A stretch of 64,000 nucleotides of DNA from an uncultured Candidatus Binatia bacterium (GTDB lineage Bacteria; Desulfobacterota; Binatia; UBA9968; JAJDTQ01). The DNA lies in NCBI GenBank assembly GCA_964291295.2, contig OZ219754.1:192001-256000 (forward strand). The letters are read 5' to 3'. The stretch's first letter is position 1; every line of letters begins with the position of its first letter. Both the position numbers and the translations under genes were made by a program. The notes under the pieces were generated by a model that was not told where the DNA came from, searched no databases, and saw only the letters and a list, made by a program, of their open reading frames with translations. Shown here one piece after another: positions 55,401-64,000 of this stretch.

Positions 55401-58400
55401 CCGGAAACGCCTTCGGCGCCGAAGGGGTTTCGAGCGCGGCCCGGGGATGAGGCGGTGACGCTGTCGTGGGCGGCATCGGGGGATGGGTCGATCCGCAAGT
55501 ACGAGGTGAAATGGCGTCTTGCGGGTCCGGGGCAGGGTTGGGGGTCGTGGGCGGCGATAGCGGGTTCGGGGGCGAATACGACGTCTCATACGGTAACGGG
55601 GCTGACCAACGGCCAGAAGTACATTTTCCGGGTTCGGGCGGTGAATGCGGGAGGGGAGGGGAAGTCTTCGCGAGCCCGCGGGGCGACGCCGATGGGCGGG
55701 GTGACGGTGGCGGTGGAGGACGCCATCGTGGTGGAGGGAGACGCGGGGCGGCGGGTGATGGAGTTTGATGTGACCCTGAGCGGGGAGCCGGTGGCGGAGG
55801 TGAAGGTGCGGGTGGCGGCGGTGGCCGGAGCGGGGAGCACGGCGGGAGCGGGGCGGGACTTTGTGCCGTTGAGCAAGACGCTGTTTTTCGATGCGTACGG
55901 GCGCGGGAGCGCGCTGATGCAGACGGTGCGTGTGGAGGTGATGGGGGACGAGGTGGCGGAGGGGGAGGAGACCTTTCTGCTGCGGCTGGACAATCTGGTG
56001 ACGGGGGACAGCCGCGTGGCGCTGGCCGGGGGCGGGGAGAAGGTCACGGCCACGGGCACCATCACGGACGATGACGCGGCGCCGGTGCTGGCGGCGTTGG
56101 CGGATGTGACGGCGAAGGTGGGTCAGGAGGTGTCGGTCACGGCCACGGCCACCGATGCGGACGGGGACACGCTCCGCTACGTCTGGAGCCGCAAGACGGG
56201 GGAGACGACGCCGGCGTTGCCGGAAGGCACGGACCTGAACGCGGCCCGGCTGGTCTTCACGCCGACCCGGGCCGGCACGATGACGATGACGGTAACCGCG
56301 GATGACGGCCACGGCAATACGGACACCGAAGAGGTGGTGGTCACGGTGGCGGCGCCCGCTCCCACGAGAATCCCGATCACCCTGAGGGTGGAGCGACGGA
56401 ACGACAAGCTGCATCTGTTCTGGACCGCGCCGGAGGATCCGGAGCGCACCGGCTGGCAGCTCCGGTACCGGTCGTTCAATGGTTGGGCACACGAGTATTT
56501 CAGGGAATGGCACGATTGGGTGACCATCGCGGATCCGTCCGCCAGAAGCCACACCCTGTCATCGGACCGATGTCACGAAGGTCAGGAATTCGAACTCCGC
56601 GCCACGACGGATGCCGGCCCCAAGAAAGAAGTAGCGAGCGCCCGGCTGTCACCGTCGGCGGACTGGCTCGTATTCCCTATCGGGGGAGGCGGTGTTCGGA
56701 GTACCCAGGAGGGAGCCCAACTCTGGTTTACAGTCATACTCAGGTCAAGCGTAATCAGGCGCATGTCGGGTCCGGTAAGAGTGATTCCCGTGCCCTACGA
56801 AGTGCTGCCAAAGGATCATCAAAGGGCTTCTTACTTCCGCGACCCGGGCCATTTTGAAAGACCTACCGACAAGGTGACCGTTCATCCGTATGGACCGAAT
56901 TATCTCGAGTTCACCCCTAAATCGGACTGGGTCAGGGCGGACGGGTCTTTTCGTTACCGTGGTCAGGTATATCGTATAAAGATGGAAGCGGATGAGGACA
57001 CTCGGGACGACTTGATAGGCATTGGGTATCGACTGGAGGGGGAGGGCCTCAATGCGTGCGATACGAAATACGGGCTTATCAGGGAAAGATTCCTGGTCCG
57101 CGACATGACGCCTACCCTGACGCTCGAAGCGAATCCCGCCGAGGTTGACAAGCACCACCATCATCACAAGCATCACAAGCACTATCGTTCTCACGGTCAC
57201 CACATTTATCACTACCACCATCATCGCGGTCACCACCATCATCGTACTGCCCATCATGGCAGTGTGGCGCACCCTGACGGTGTGAGCGAGGGGACACCGA
57301 TCACCCTGACCGTCCGTTCGGACAAGCCGGTATCGGGCGTTCTTTCGGTGAGCCTGACGCTGTCCGATCGGGATTCGAGCGGCTTCTCGGCGGCGGACAT
57401 CCCGGGGGCGCTGACGCAGACATTCAACGTGAATTTCGGCGGCGGCAAGACCGGCATCATCACGATTCCCACCAGCGTGGACGCCGACGCATCGGAAGGC
57501 GTCGAGAAGTACACGGTCACGCTGAACGATGCCACCGGCTACGCCATCGGCGAGGACGTGACGGTCCAGGGCAAGTTGCTGGATGGTCCTCCGGGCACGG
57601 GCTACCAGGGTTTCACCGGCGACACCGGTACGACGGTCGGTCTGACGCTGACGCCGACCGCGCTGACGATATCCGAAGGGGGGAGCGGCACCTACACGGT
57701 GGTGTTGAACGAGGCGCCGGCGGATACGGTCATGGTGGTGCCGGCGAGCGACAACACGGCGATTGCGACGGTTTCGGGACCGCTGACCTTCACCACCGCC
57801 AACTGGAACACCCCGCAGCCGGTGACGGTGACGGGTGTGCTGGACGATGACACGGAGGACGACACAGTGACGCTGAGCCACTCGGCCACGATGGGCAGCA
57901 ACATGAACGTGGATGTGACGGGCGGGAGCGTGACCGTGACGGTGGAGGACACGACGGGCATGCATACCAACAAGGTCCACCGAGCGGTGCTGCCGCAGGT
58001 GGCGGCGGCAATGGCGTCGCAGTCGCTGGGTGCGGTGGCGGGTCGCATCCAGGCGGTGGCGTCGGGGAAGGCGGGCCGGTCGCTGCGTTTCGGTGTGGCC
58101 CAGGCGGCGCCCGGTGCGAAGGAGGGGGCGGACGGCGTGTGGCTGGAGGAGCAGCGGAGAGCGTGGCTGCGCGGGATGCTGGAGGATGAGTGGGGTTCGG
58201 GCCGGGGTTCGAGCCTGCGCGGGATGTTGGAGAAGGAGGCGGAGAATCCGGACCTGCGGGACATGCTGGACGGGGCGGCGTTCGCGCTGCCGATGGGCGC
58301 ATCCGGGATGAGCGGGGGGAGCGTTCCGAGGGTGGCGGTGTGGGGTCGGGGTGACCTGGACTCGCTGTCGGGTTCGGAGGAGGACGTTTCGTGGGACGGG

Positions 58401-59456
58401 GAGGTGTGGTCGGCGCATCTGGGAACGGACGTGCGGCTGCGTGCGGACGTGCTGGCGGGGGTGGCGTTGTCGCATTCCCGCGGGGAGTTGGACACGGAGG
58501 TGGACGACGCGGGGGGCAACCGTGTGAAGGGAGTGTACAAGACGGAGTTGACGGCGGTGCATCCCTATGCGGCGTGGCTGAGCGGAGACGGATCGAACCT
58601 GTGGGCGAGCGCGGGGTACGGCGAGGGCGAGGTGGGCGTGGAGGAGGCGGAGCGGGCGGACCGTGAAGTGGAGATGAAGCTGACGAGTGCGGCGGCGGGC
58701 GGGCGCGGCGTGCTGAGCGAGGATGGGGAGTGGATTGCGGGCGGGGTGACGCGGGTGGCGGTACGTGGGGAGGGGTCGATGGTGCGGGTGAAGACGGAAG
58801 CGGGATCGGGTCTGGAGGCGCTTTCGGTGGATGCGAGCCGGCTGCGCCTGGCGCTGGAGGGATCGTATGAGCGTGCGCTGGAGGGGGGCGGGACGGTGAC
58901 GCCGGCGCTGGAGGTGGGGATGCGGCACGACAGCGGGGATGTGGAAAAAGGGGTGGGAGCGGAAGTGGGGGCGAGCGTGAGTTGGCGCGAGCCGGGGATG
59001 GGGCTGACGGTGGAGTTGCGCACGCGGGCGCTGGTGGCGCACGAGCGGGACCGGGAGGAATGGGGAGTGGGCGGCATGGTGCAACTGGATCCGGGATCGG
59101 ACGGGAGCGGGCTGTTCCTGACATTGACGCCGGCATACGGGGTCACCGCGACGGATCTGGATGGGCTGTTCGACCGCACGCCGGGCACGTCCTTTCTGAC
59201 GGGGAGCGGAGCAGAGGCGGAGAGTCAGCTGGATGCGGAGGTGGGCTACGGCTTCGGGGTGTTGGGGTCGGGGCCGATGGCGTTGCTGAGCCCGTATGTC
59301 GGGTTCACGCTGGCGGAGCGGGGTGAAGGGAGCGTGCGCGTGGGCACGCGCTACACCATCGCTCCGGCATTCGAGCTTTCGTTTGAGGGCGAGCGCAGCC
59401 AGGACGGCGGCTCCGCCGATAACAGCCTGGAGGTGCGGGTCTCGCTGCGCTGGTGA
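52479..59456 (+). CDS. Giant modular autotransporter adhesin (FN3, Ig/Calx-beta-like, PKD-like domains, His-rich insert, C-terminal beta-barrel)
   Basis: RBS then ATG at 52479, long signal peptide. FN3 'VTLSWAA...YIFRVRAVNAGGEG', Calx-beta-like 'VEGDAG...GDEVAEGEETF...GTITDDD', barrel ending VSLRW. Confidence 0.9.
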   Translation: MMARLRGIAPAAGALASRNKASGNKEGWMGLGKGLRGIMRGFLGLLAGVVMVGGMGETAGGQVLPELSFTGAFPVSGDPGTNECPRGEELESSTDKVWEGGWLALRVERAATRREAARIEVDFEIVGGSQAGRADLGTGGNLRNVGILFYESVITAPTRHCHYVQILKDKKLEGNERLTLRLRPKGSVYTVKAGKDRRDIEIGEAGAGIRLRYQDLGVLGGGTTGRGFVLRLEAGVASGAGNACTFERDRSFSRTVKVGWRVWDGGRGDLRGASLGDFNLPTRVTFRSGVAVVEGSARADGDRESEDFWMELDYKYRDRVNHPYPVVHCESAADARRWGLTRSFFGPVGVIAPVPGAPAKPLGLTAGAVEDRVNLSWRAATDGTIKGWRYRLRAKGLRSWGSGVEMRGSVAGTRAHAVDGSSWWDGIATEFQVQSYNDGGSSPWSDTAVAVAVNRDRPALVISKGRVSVEEGETASWTVALNGGVGGSVTLASSASGTARVSPAVLTFTSENARVPQTVRVTGVTAGEAEVRHAFTLPGATAAAVTDAGRVAVTVTAAAVPLRAPAKPTDLSAKAVEDEVGLSWKAATDATIQGWRYRYRMFDYWYSATDFPGKTTASTRSGSVSFAAFLEGITLEFQVQSYNEAGSSPWSNTAKTAVVNSDRPALLISERRVSVEEGETASWTVAVNGTFDGSVTLVSSDSGKARVSPSVLYFAHATAQTPQTVTVTGVTAGEAEVSHAFRVDGASVPVASGAKDRVAVTVTAAAVPLRAPAKPTDLSAKAVEDEVGLSWKAATDATIQGWRYRYRMFDYWYSATDFPGKTTASTRSGSVSFAAFLEGITLEFQVQSYNEAGSSPWSNTAKTAVVNSDRPALLISERRVSVEEGETASWTVAVNGTFDGSVTLVSSDSGKARVSPSVLYFAHATAQTPQTVTVTGVTAGEAEVSHAFRVDGASVPVASGAKDRVAVTVTAAPVPETPSAPKGFRARPGDEAVTLSWAASGDGSIRKYEVKWRLAGPGQGWGSWAAIAGSGANTTSHTVTGLTNGQKYIFRVRAVNAGGEGKSSRARGATPMGGVTVAVEDAIVVEGDAGRRVMEFDVTLSGEPVAEVKVRVAAVAGAGSTAGAGRDFVPLSKTLFFDAYGRGSALMQTVRVEVMGDEVAEGEETFLLRLDNLVTGDSRVALAGGGEKVTATGTITDDDAAPVLAALADVTAKVGQEVSVTATATDADGDTLRYVWSRKTGETTPALPEGTDLNAARLVFTPTRAGTMTMTVTADDGHGNTDTEEVVVTVAAPAPTRIPITLRVERRNDKLHLFWTAPEDPERTGWQLRYRSFNGWAHEYFREWHDWVTIADPSARSHTLSSDRCHEGQEFELRATTDAGPKKEVASARLSPSADWLVFPIGGGGVRSTQEGAQLWFTVILRSSVIRRMSGPVRVIPVPYEVLPKDHQRASYFRDPGHFERPTDKVTVHPYGPNYLEFTPKSDWVRADGSFRYRGQVYRIKMEADEDTRDDLIGIGYRLEGEGLNACDTKYGLIRERFLVRDMTPTLTLEANPAEVDKHHHHHKHHKHYRSHGHHIYHYHHHRGHHHHRTAHHGSVAHPDGVSEGTPITLTVRSDKPVSGVLSVSLTLSDRDSSGFSAADIPGALTQTFNVNFGGGKTGIITIPTSVDADASEGVEKYTVTLNDATGYAIGEDVTVQGKLLDGPPGTGYQGFTGDTGTTVGLTLTPTALTISEGGSGTYTVVLNEAPADTVMVVPASDNTAIATVSGPLTFTTANWNTPQPVTVTGVLDDDTEDDTVTLSHSATMGSNMNVDVTGGSVTVTVEDTTGMHTNKVHRAVLPQVAAAMASQSLGAVAGRIQAVASGKAGRSLRFGVAQAAPGAKEGADGVWLEEQRRAWLRGMLEDEWGSGRGSSLRGMLEKEAENPDLRDMLDGAAFALPMGASGMSGGSVPRVAVWGRGDLDSLSGSEEDVSWDGEVWSAHLGTDVRLRADVLAGVALSHSRGELDTEVDDAGGNRVKGVYKTELTAVHPYAAWLSGDGSNLWASAGYGEGEVGVEEAERADREVEMKLTSAAAGGRGVLSEDGEWIAGGVTRVAVRGEGSMVRVKTEAGSGLEALSVDASRLRLALEGSYERALEGGGTVTPALEVGMRHDSGDVEKGVGAEVGASVSWREPGMGLTVELRTRALVAHERDREEWGVGGMVQLDPGSDGSGLFLTLTPAYGVTATDLDGLFDRTPGTSFLTGSGAEAESQLDAEVGYGFGVLGSGPMALLSPYVGFTLAERGEGSVRVGTRYTIAPAFELSFEGERSQDGGSADNSLEVRVSLRW
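54126..55393 (+). repeat. Two tandem 621-bp (207-aa) near-identical repeats, preceded by a diverged copy (~53540-54125)
   Basis: CGGGTGGCGGTGACG recurs at 54126, 54747 and 55368. One synonymous difference seen (GTG/GTA near 55219). Confidence 0.95.
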
Positions 59457-59907
59457 CGCCCGCACCAGGGAAAGGCTTCGGGGGGAGGGCTTCGGGGATG
59501 GTTCCTCCGCGGGACCGTCCCCTGTCTCCGAAGTGCCGCATGCGCGCACCGGGAGACGACGAGACCGGCAACCCTCCGTTGTCGGCCTCGAATGGCCAGG
59601 ATCGGACGCGCCGGCTCCTGCGTCGGCCGCCGTACCTGCCATCCCCCGCCACACCTCCCCGGATCTCGTGTGCCGGCTGTCCTGCGGTGCTCGTGTCCGG
59701 TCATGGACCATCCCCTCGGTGACCGTCAACCTGGACCCCCTGTCCGCTGCCACATCTCGCTCCCCGACACCGGGGCCGCCTTGACAGGAGAACTGCGGAT
59801 TGGTACCTGTTCCTGCTGCCCGGGTTTCCTCGAACAAGGATCGTTACTCGGTTTTCCGGCGACGTCACCGGACGGTCTGCATGCCGCGAAAGGACTCACG
59901 CAAGAAC

Positions 59908-60534
59908 ATGGCAGGGGCGGAAGCACACCAGAGCAAGCTCTATTCGGACTTGGCGCCCCTGTACGACAAGACATTCGCGAAGTTCTTCTACTCTCGCGAA
60001 CGGTCGGTGATCCATGACCTGAACCTGCCGTCCGACACCCAGATCCTCGAAGTCGGCGTCGGCACCGGCACGTCGTTCCCGGCCTACCCGCGGGACTGCC
60101 ATGTCATCGGCATCGACCAGGCCCCCCTGATGCTCGCCCGTGCTCGCGAGAAGATCGCGGAGAACAACTGGCACCACCTCGAGGTCCGGGAGATGGACGC
60201 CCTGGATCTCGCCTTCTCCGACAACGCCTTCGACTGTGTGACAGCATTCCACGTGGTTTCCGTGGTGCCCGACCCTGTCCGCATGATGGCCGAGATGAAG
60301 CGCGTCTGCCGTCCCGGCGGAACCGTCGCCATCGTCAACCACTTCACCACCGAGTCCCCCTTCTGGGGCGCGCTCACGAGATCCCTTGATCCCGTCACCC
60401 GGCGGCTTGGCTGGAGCACCAACCTGAAGCTCAGACCGTTTCTTGAAGCGACCGGGTTCACCCGGTGCAGGCATTACCGGTATTCCCGCTTCTCGCTGTA
60501 TACCGTGGTGGTGGGGACCAACGACCAGGAATAG
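59908..60534 (+). CDS. Phosphatidylethanolamine N-methyltransferase-like (PmtA-type) SAM methyltransferase
   Basis: LAPLYDKTF, ILEVGVGTG, MDALDLAF.DNAFD, VVSVVPDP, RVCRPGG...VNHF. Alternative start at 59881. Confidence 0.82.
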   Translation: MAGAEAHQSKLYSDLAPLYDKTFAKFFYSRERSVIHDLNLPSDTQILEVGVGTGTSFPAYPRDCHVIGIDQAPLMLARAREKIAENNWHHLEVREMDALDLAFSDNAFDCVTAFHVVSVVPDPVRMMAEMKRVCRPGGTVAIVNHFTTESPFWGALTRSLDPVTRRLGWSTNLKLRPFLEATGFTRCRHYRYSRFSLYTVVVGTNDQE

Positions 60535-60629
60535 CCGGCGGCGCGTGTCGGAGACAGGGTGTCGGGGACAGGATGGCCAGGCGCGGCTTCCCCGGGAGTC
60601 CCCATCCGCTGCGTGATCTTCGAAGCCGA

Positions 60630-61316
60630 TCAGCGCGTGCCCGATGATGCCGGCAGGGGCGGATTCACGAGCACGCTCTCTTCACCGACGCCCGCGCCAT
60701 CCTCCCTCGTCACGCGCACCTTCCGGCCCTCAATGGCCAGTCGGCCCTCGCTGTAGAGCTGAATGGCGCGCGGGTAGATGCGGTGCTCCTGGACCAGAAT
60801 CCGTTGCGCCAGGGTCTCCCCGGTGTCATCGGGCAGCACCGGGACCACCGCCTGGATGATGATCGGGCCTTCATCACAGCCTTCGGTGACGAAGTGAACC
60901 GTGCAGCCGGAGAAGCGCACTCCGCATTCGACCGCCTGCTGCTGGCCGTGGAGACCGGCGAAGGACGGCGACAGCGCGGGGTGAACGTTCATGATGCGGT
61001 CGGGGAAGCTCTTGATGAAGAATGGCGACAGGAGCCGCATGAATCCGGCCAGCACCACGAGATCCACGCCCTGCCCGTTCAGATGCTCCACCACGACACG
61101 GTCGTAGGCCTCCCTGGAGGGATGGCCGCGATGGTCCATGACCGTGGCGCGGATATCGTGGGCGCGGGCGCGGACAAGCCCGTGGGCGTTATCGCGGTTG
61201 CTGACGACGGTGCGGATTTCCGCGTCCAGGCGACCCTCCTCGATGGCGTCGATGATGGCCTGGAGGTTGCTGCCTTCGCCCGAGAGCAGCACGCCGATGG
61301 GGAGCCTGCGGTTCAT
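60630..61316 (-). CDS. purN: Phosphoribosylglycinamide formyltransferase
   Basis: SGEGSNLQAI, LAGFMRLL, NVHPAL, SGCTVHFV, DEGPII. Confidence 0.96.
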   Translation of the reverse strand: MNRRLPIGVLLSGEGSNLQAIIDAIEEGRLDAEIRTVVSNRDNAHGLVRARAHDIRATVMDHRGHPSREAYDRVVVEHLNGQGVDLVVLAGFMRLLSPFFIKSFPDRIMNVHPALSPSFAGLHGQQQAVECGVRFSGCTVHFVTEGCDEGPIIIQAVVPVLPDDTGETLAQRILVQEHRIYPRAIQLYSEGRLAIEGRKVRVTREDGAGVGEESVLVNPPLPASSGTR

Positions 61317-62347
61317 GAGATGAAGGAGACGCCGCGCCGGCCCTTGCGCACCTCGCCAATGACAGCGCAGGATTCGCGGCGCCGGCGCAACGCCCGCTCG
61401 ACGCCAGGCGCGTCAGCCGCGCCCACCACGAGCGCCATGCCGATGCCGTTGTTGAAGGTGCGGTCCATCTCGGCCTGGGCCACCCCTCCCAGCCGCGCGA
61501 CAAGATCGAATATCGGGGGAGCCGACCAGCTTCCCCGCCGGATCCACGCGCGCAACCCGGGCGGCATCACCCGGGGCAGGTTCTCCACCAGGCCGCCGCC
61601 GGTGATGTGGGCAATGCCCTTGATGCCGTGCCGCGCGGTCAGGCTGCGGATCAATCCGGCATAGATCCGGGTGGGCTCCAACAACTCGTCCGCCAGCGGA
61701 CGACCCAACTCCGCCACCCGGGACTTCAGCTTGAGCTTCGCGGTTTCCAGCAGAACCTTCAAGGCCAGCGCATAGCCGTTGCTGTGGAGCCCGCTGGACG
61801 CCAGGCCGATGATCACGTCCCCGGCGCACACCGCGCGAGGGTCGGGTATGCGATCCTTCTCGACGATGCCGACGCTGAACCCCGCCAGGTCGTACTCGCC
61901 GTCCTGGTAGAAGAACGGCATTTCCGCGGTCTCTCCGCCCAGCAGCGCGCAGCCCGCCCGCCGGCAGCCCTCCGCGACTCCGGCCACCACCGCCCTGAAG
62001 GTGGCGGGTTCCAGCTTGCCGGCGGCAAAGTAGTCCAGGAAGAAAAGCGGCTCCGCCGCCTGAGTGACAACGTCGTTGACGCCCATGGCCACGAGATCGA
62101 TGCCCACGGTGTCATGGCGACCGGCCATGAAGGCGACCTTGAGCTTGGTGCCGACTCCATCGGTGGACGACACCAGCACGGGCCGGCGGCGGCGGACACG
62201 CGTGAGGTCGAAGAGCCCGCCGAACCCGCCCAGGCCTCCCATGACCCCGGGCCGGGCGGTCGTGTGCGCCCGGGATGCGATGGAGCGGACCAGCCGGTTG
62301 GCCGCTTCCACGTCCACACCGGCGTCCTTGTAGGTGAGTTGCGCCAT
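61313..62347 (-). CDS. purM: Phosphoribosylformylglycinamidine cyclo-ligase
   Basis: TYKDAGVD, STDGVGTK, GGETAEMP, SSGLHSNGY, HITGGG, RTFNNGIG. Confidence 0.97.
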   Translation of the reverse strand: MAQLTYKDAGVDVEAANRLVRSIASRAHTTARPGVMGGLGGFGGLFDLTRVRRRRPVLVSSTDGVGTKLKVAFMAGRHDTVGIDLVAMGVNDVVTQAAEPLFFLDYFAAGKLEPATFRAVVAGVAEGCRRAGCALLGGETAEMPFFYQDGEYDLAGFSVGIVEKDRIPDPRAVCAGDVIIGLASSGLHSNGYALALKVLLETAKLKLKSRVAELGRPLADELLEPTRIYAGLIRSLTARHGIKGIAHITGGGLVENLPRVMPPGLRAWIRRGSWSAPPIFDLVARLGGVAQAEMDRTFNNGIGMALVVGAADAPGVERALRRRRESCAVIGEVRKGRRGVSFIS

Positions 62348-62369
62348 GGGTGACCGGCTGGACCGGGAT

Positions 62370-63068
62370 CTATTGCGACCCTTGCCCCAGGAGCATCTCC
62401 AGGGCGCACTGGGCGGCCTCCTGCTCCGACTGTTTCTTGCTCCGGCCCCTTCCCCGGCCTGCCAGACTGCCGGCGACGCGGATCTCCGTCTCGAAGTAGC
62501 GCTCGTGGCTGGGACCGGATTCCTGCACCAGGCGGTAGGTGGGCGGGACGCGGTAGAGACGTTGCGTCAGTTCCTGAAGACGGGTCTTGTAATCGTCCAG
62601 GCCGAGGCCGCTCTGTTCCAGGTCGGCGATGAAATGGCCCTTCACCACCGGCCTCACGGCGTCATATCCGGCCTCCCAGTAGATGCCGCCCAGAAGCGCC
62701 TCGAAGGATGCGGCCAGGATCGACTCCTTGTGACGGCCACCGGTGCGCTCCTCCCCCTTCCCCACCCGCAGCAACGAGCCGACACGCATCTGGCGCGCCT
62801 TTTCCGCCAGCACCCGCCGGTTCACCAGCGAGGCGCGCATACGCGAGAGATCGCCCTCGTTCCGTTCCGGGAACCGGCGCATGAGCAGGTCGCTGATGGC
62901 CAGGTTCAGCACCGCGTCGCCCAGGAACTCGAGGGATTCGTTGTGCACGTCCATGCCGCCGCCGCAGGAGACGTGCGTCAGGCAGCGGTTCAGGAGCAAC
63001 GGATCCCTGAAGCGGTAGCCGAGAGCATCCTGGAGGTGCTCGATCCCGGAGGCATCCGCCGTCAGCAT
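62370..63068 (-). CDS. rnc: Ribonuclease III
   Basis: NESLEFLGDAVL, EGDLSRMRA, FEALLGGIY, dsRBD DYKTRLQE...GRSKKQSEQ. Confidence 0.95.
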   Translation of the reverse strand: MLTADASGIEHLQDALGYRFRDPLLLNRCLTHVSCGGGMDVHNESLEFLGDAVLNLAISDLLMRRFPERNEGDLSRMRASLVNRRVLAEKARQMRVGSLLRVGKGEERTGGRHKESILAASFEALLGGIYWEAGYDAVRPVVKGHFIADLEQSGLGLDDYKTRLQELTQRLYRVPPTYRLVQESGPSHERYFETEIRVAGSLAGRGRGRSKKQSEQEAAQCALEMLLGQGSQ

Positions 63069-64000
63069 TCGACTTCTCCCCAGAGGCGCCCACCGGACCA
63101 CTCCCGGACCCTGGCGCGGACTTCGCGGCGGACCAGATCGCCGCCGCCTGCCAGGGCCACCGGCAGATAGTTGCGGCTGTAGCCCTTGAACACACCCGCT
63201 TCACCGGCCACGGGCTCTTCCACCAGCACCGACACCCGGCGTCCGATCTCGCTCCGGTAGAAGTCGAGCTTCTTCCGGATGCCGAGATCCCGCACCCGGT
63301 GCGAGCGTTCCTTCTTCTCGGCCGGCGGAACCGGGTCGGGCATGTCCGCCGCCAGGGTCCCCCGGCGGGAGGAGTAGGGGAACACGTGGAAGTAGCTCAG
63401 CGGCAATCCCGCAAGGTAATCCAGGGAAGAGCCGAAGGCGGCCTCCGTCTCCCCCGGGAACCCCACGATGACATCCGTTCCCAACGCCGCCCGGGGCAGT
63501 CTTTCCCGCGCCCGCGCCATCAGCCGGGCGAAGAAGGCGGTGTCGTAGTTGCGGCGCATCTTCCTGAGGATGCCGTCCTCACCCGACTGGATGCACACGT
63601 GCAGGTGCGGGCAGACCACCTCCGAGTCGGCCATCACCGCCAGCAGTTCGCCGGTCACCTCCCGCGGGTCCAGGGAACTCAGGCGCAGGCGGCGAATCAA
63701 CCCGCTCTCGGCAATCGTCCGCACCAGCGCGCTCAGGGAGACCCGGGGCGCGAGATCGTGGCCGTAGCCCCCCAGGTGGATGCCGGTGACGACCACCTCG
63801 GAGAAGCCGGCCTCCGCAAGGTCGCGCACCTGCTCAAGGACACGCTCCGGCGGCACGCTGCGGCTGCGCCCCCGGGCGGTGGGGATGATGCAGTAACTGC
63901 AGGCGAAGTTGCACCCTTCCTGGACCTTGAGGAACGCCCGGGTGCGGCCGAGGAAACGCCGCGCCCCGAGAACGCCCACGCCGCGCTCCTCCCGCGGGTT
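63062..64000 (-). CDS. mtaB: tRNA methylthiotransferase MtaB (radical SAM), 3' part; start lies outside the window
   Basis: RTRAFLKVQEGCNFACSYCIIP, VTGIHLGGYG, RLRLSSLDP, DVIVGFPGET, HVFPYSSR. Confidence 0.9.
   Translation of the reverse strand, partial: NPREERGVGVLGARRFLGRTRAFLKVQEGCNFACSYCIIPTARGRSRSVPPERVLEQVRDLAEAGFSEVVVTGIHLGGYGHDLAPRVSLSALVRTIAESGLIRRLRLSSLDPREVTGELLAVMADSEVVCPHLHVCIQSGEDGILRKMRRNYDTAFFARLMARARERLPRAALGTDVIVGFPGETEAAFGSSLDYLAGLPLSYFHVFPYSSRRGTLAADMPDPVPPAEKKERSHRVRDLGIRKKLDFYRSEIGRRVSVLVEEPVAGEAGVFKGYSRNYLPVALAGGGDLVRREVRARVREWSGGRLWGEVEC

Overview
GC-rich bacterial chromosomal segment. The gene mix (LLM oxidoreductases, amidohydrolases, FN3/Calx-beta autotransporters) is reminiscent of deltaproteobacteria-like/Binatia-type host-associated genomes, but that is inference only. 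Housekeeping blocks: acnA, clpS-clpA, ilvD, otsB, ybdK, an ABC exporter pair, pmtA-like methyltransferase, purN-purM-rnc-mtaB and tRNA-Asn. Accessory DNA includes a decaying defence islet at 16.7-21.3 kb (frameshifted Eco29kI-type endonuclease, HTH-fused N4-type methyltransferase, broken MqsRA-like TA pair, gene scraps), an IS66 remnant and a type I-G (I-U) Cas3/Cascade operon with no array or cas1/cas2 in view. The most striking structure is a family of modular autotransporter genes. Two near-identical 5' regions sit in inverted orientation about 49.5 kb apart (1-2.85 kb and 52.3-55.2 kb) and share a promoter and leader hairpin. A third gene, next to tRNA-Asn, carries four 396-bp repeats of a helical-looking domain I do not recognise. 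All three show extreme coding-strand G-over-C skew in their repeated or shared modules, while a unique internal cassette with a His-rich insert does not. This suggests a recombination-driven surface-variation system (hypothesis). All calls come from reading the sequence and recalled family motifs; no searches were run.
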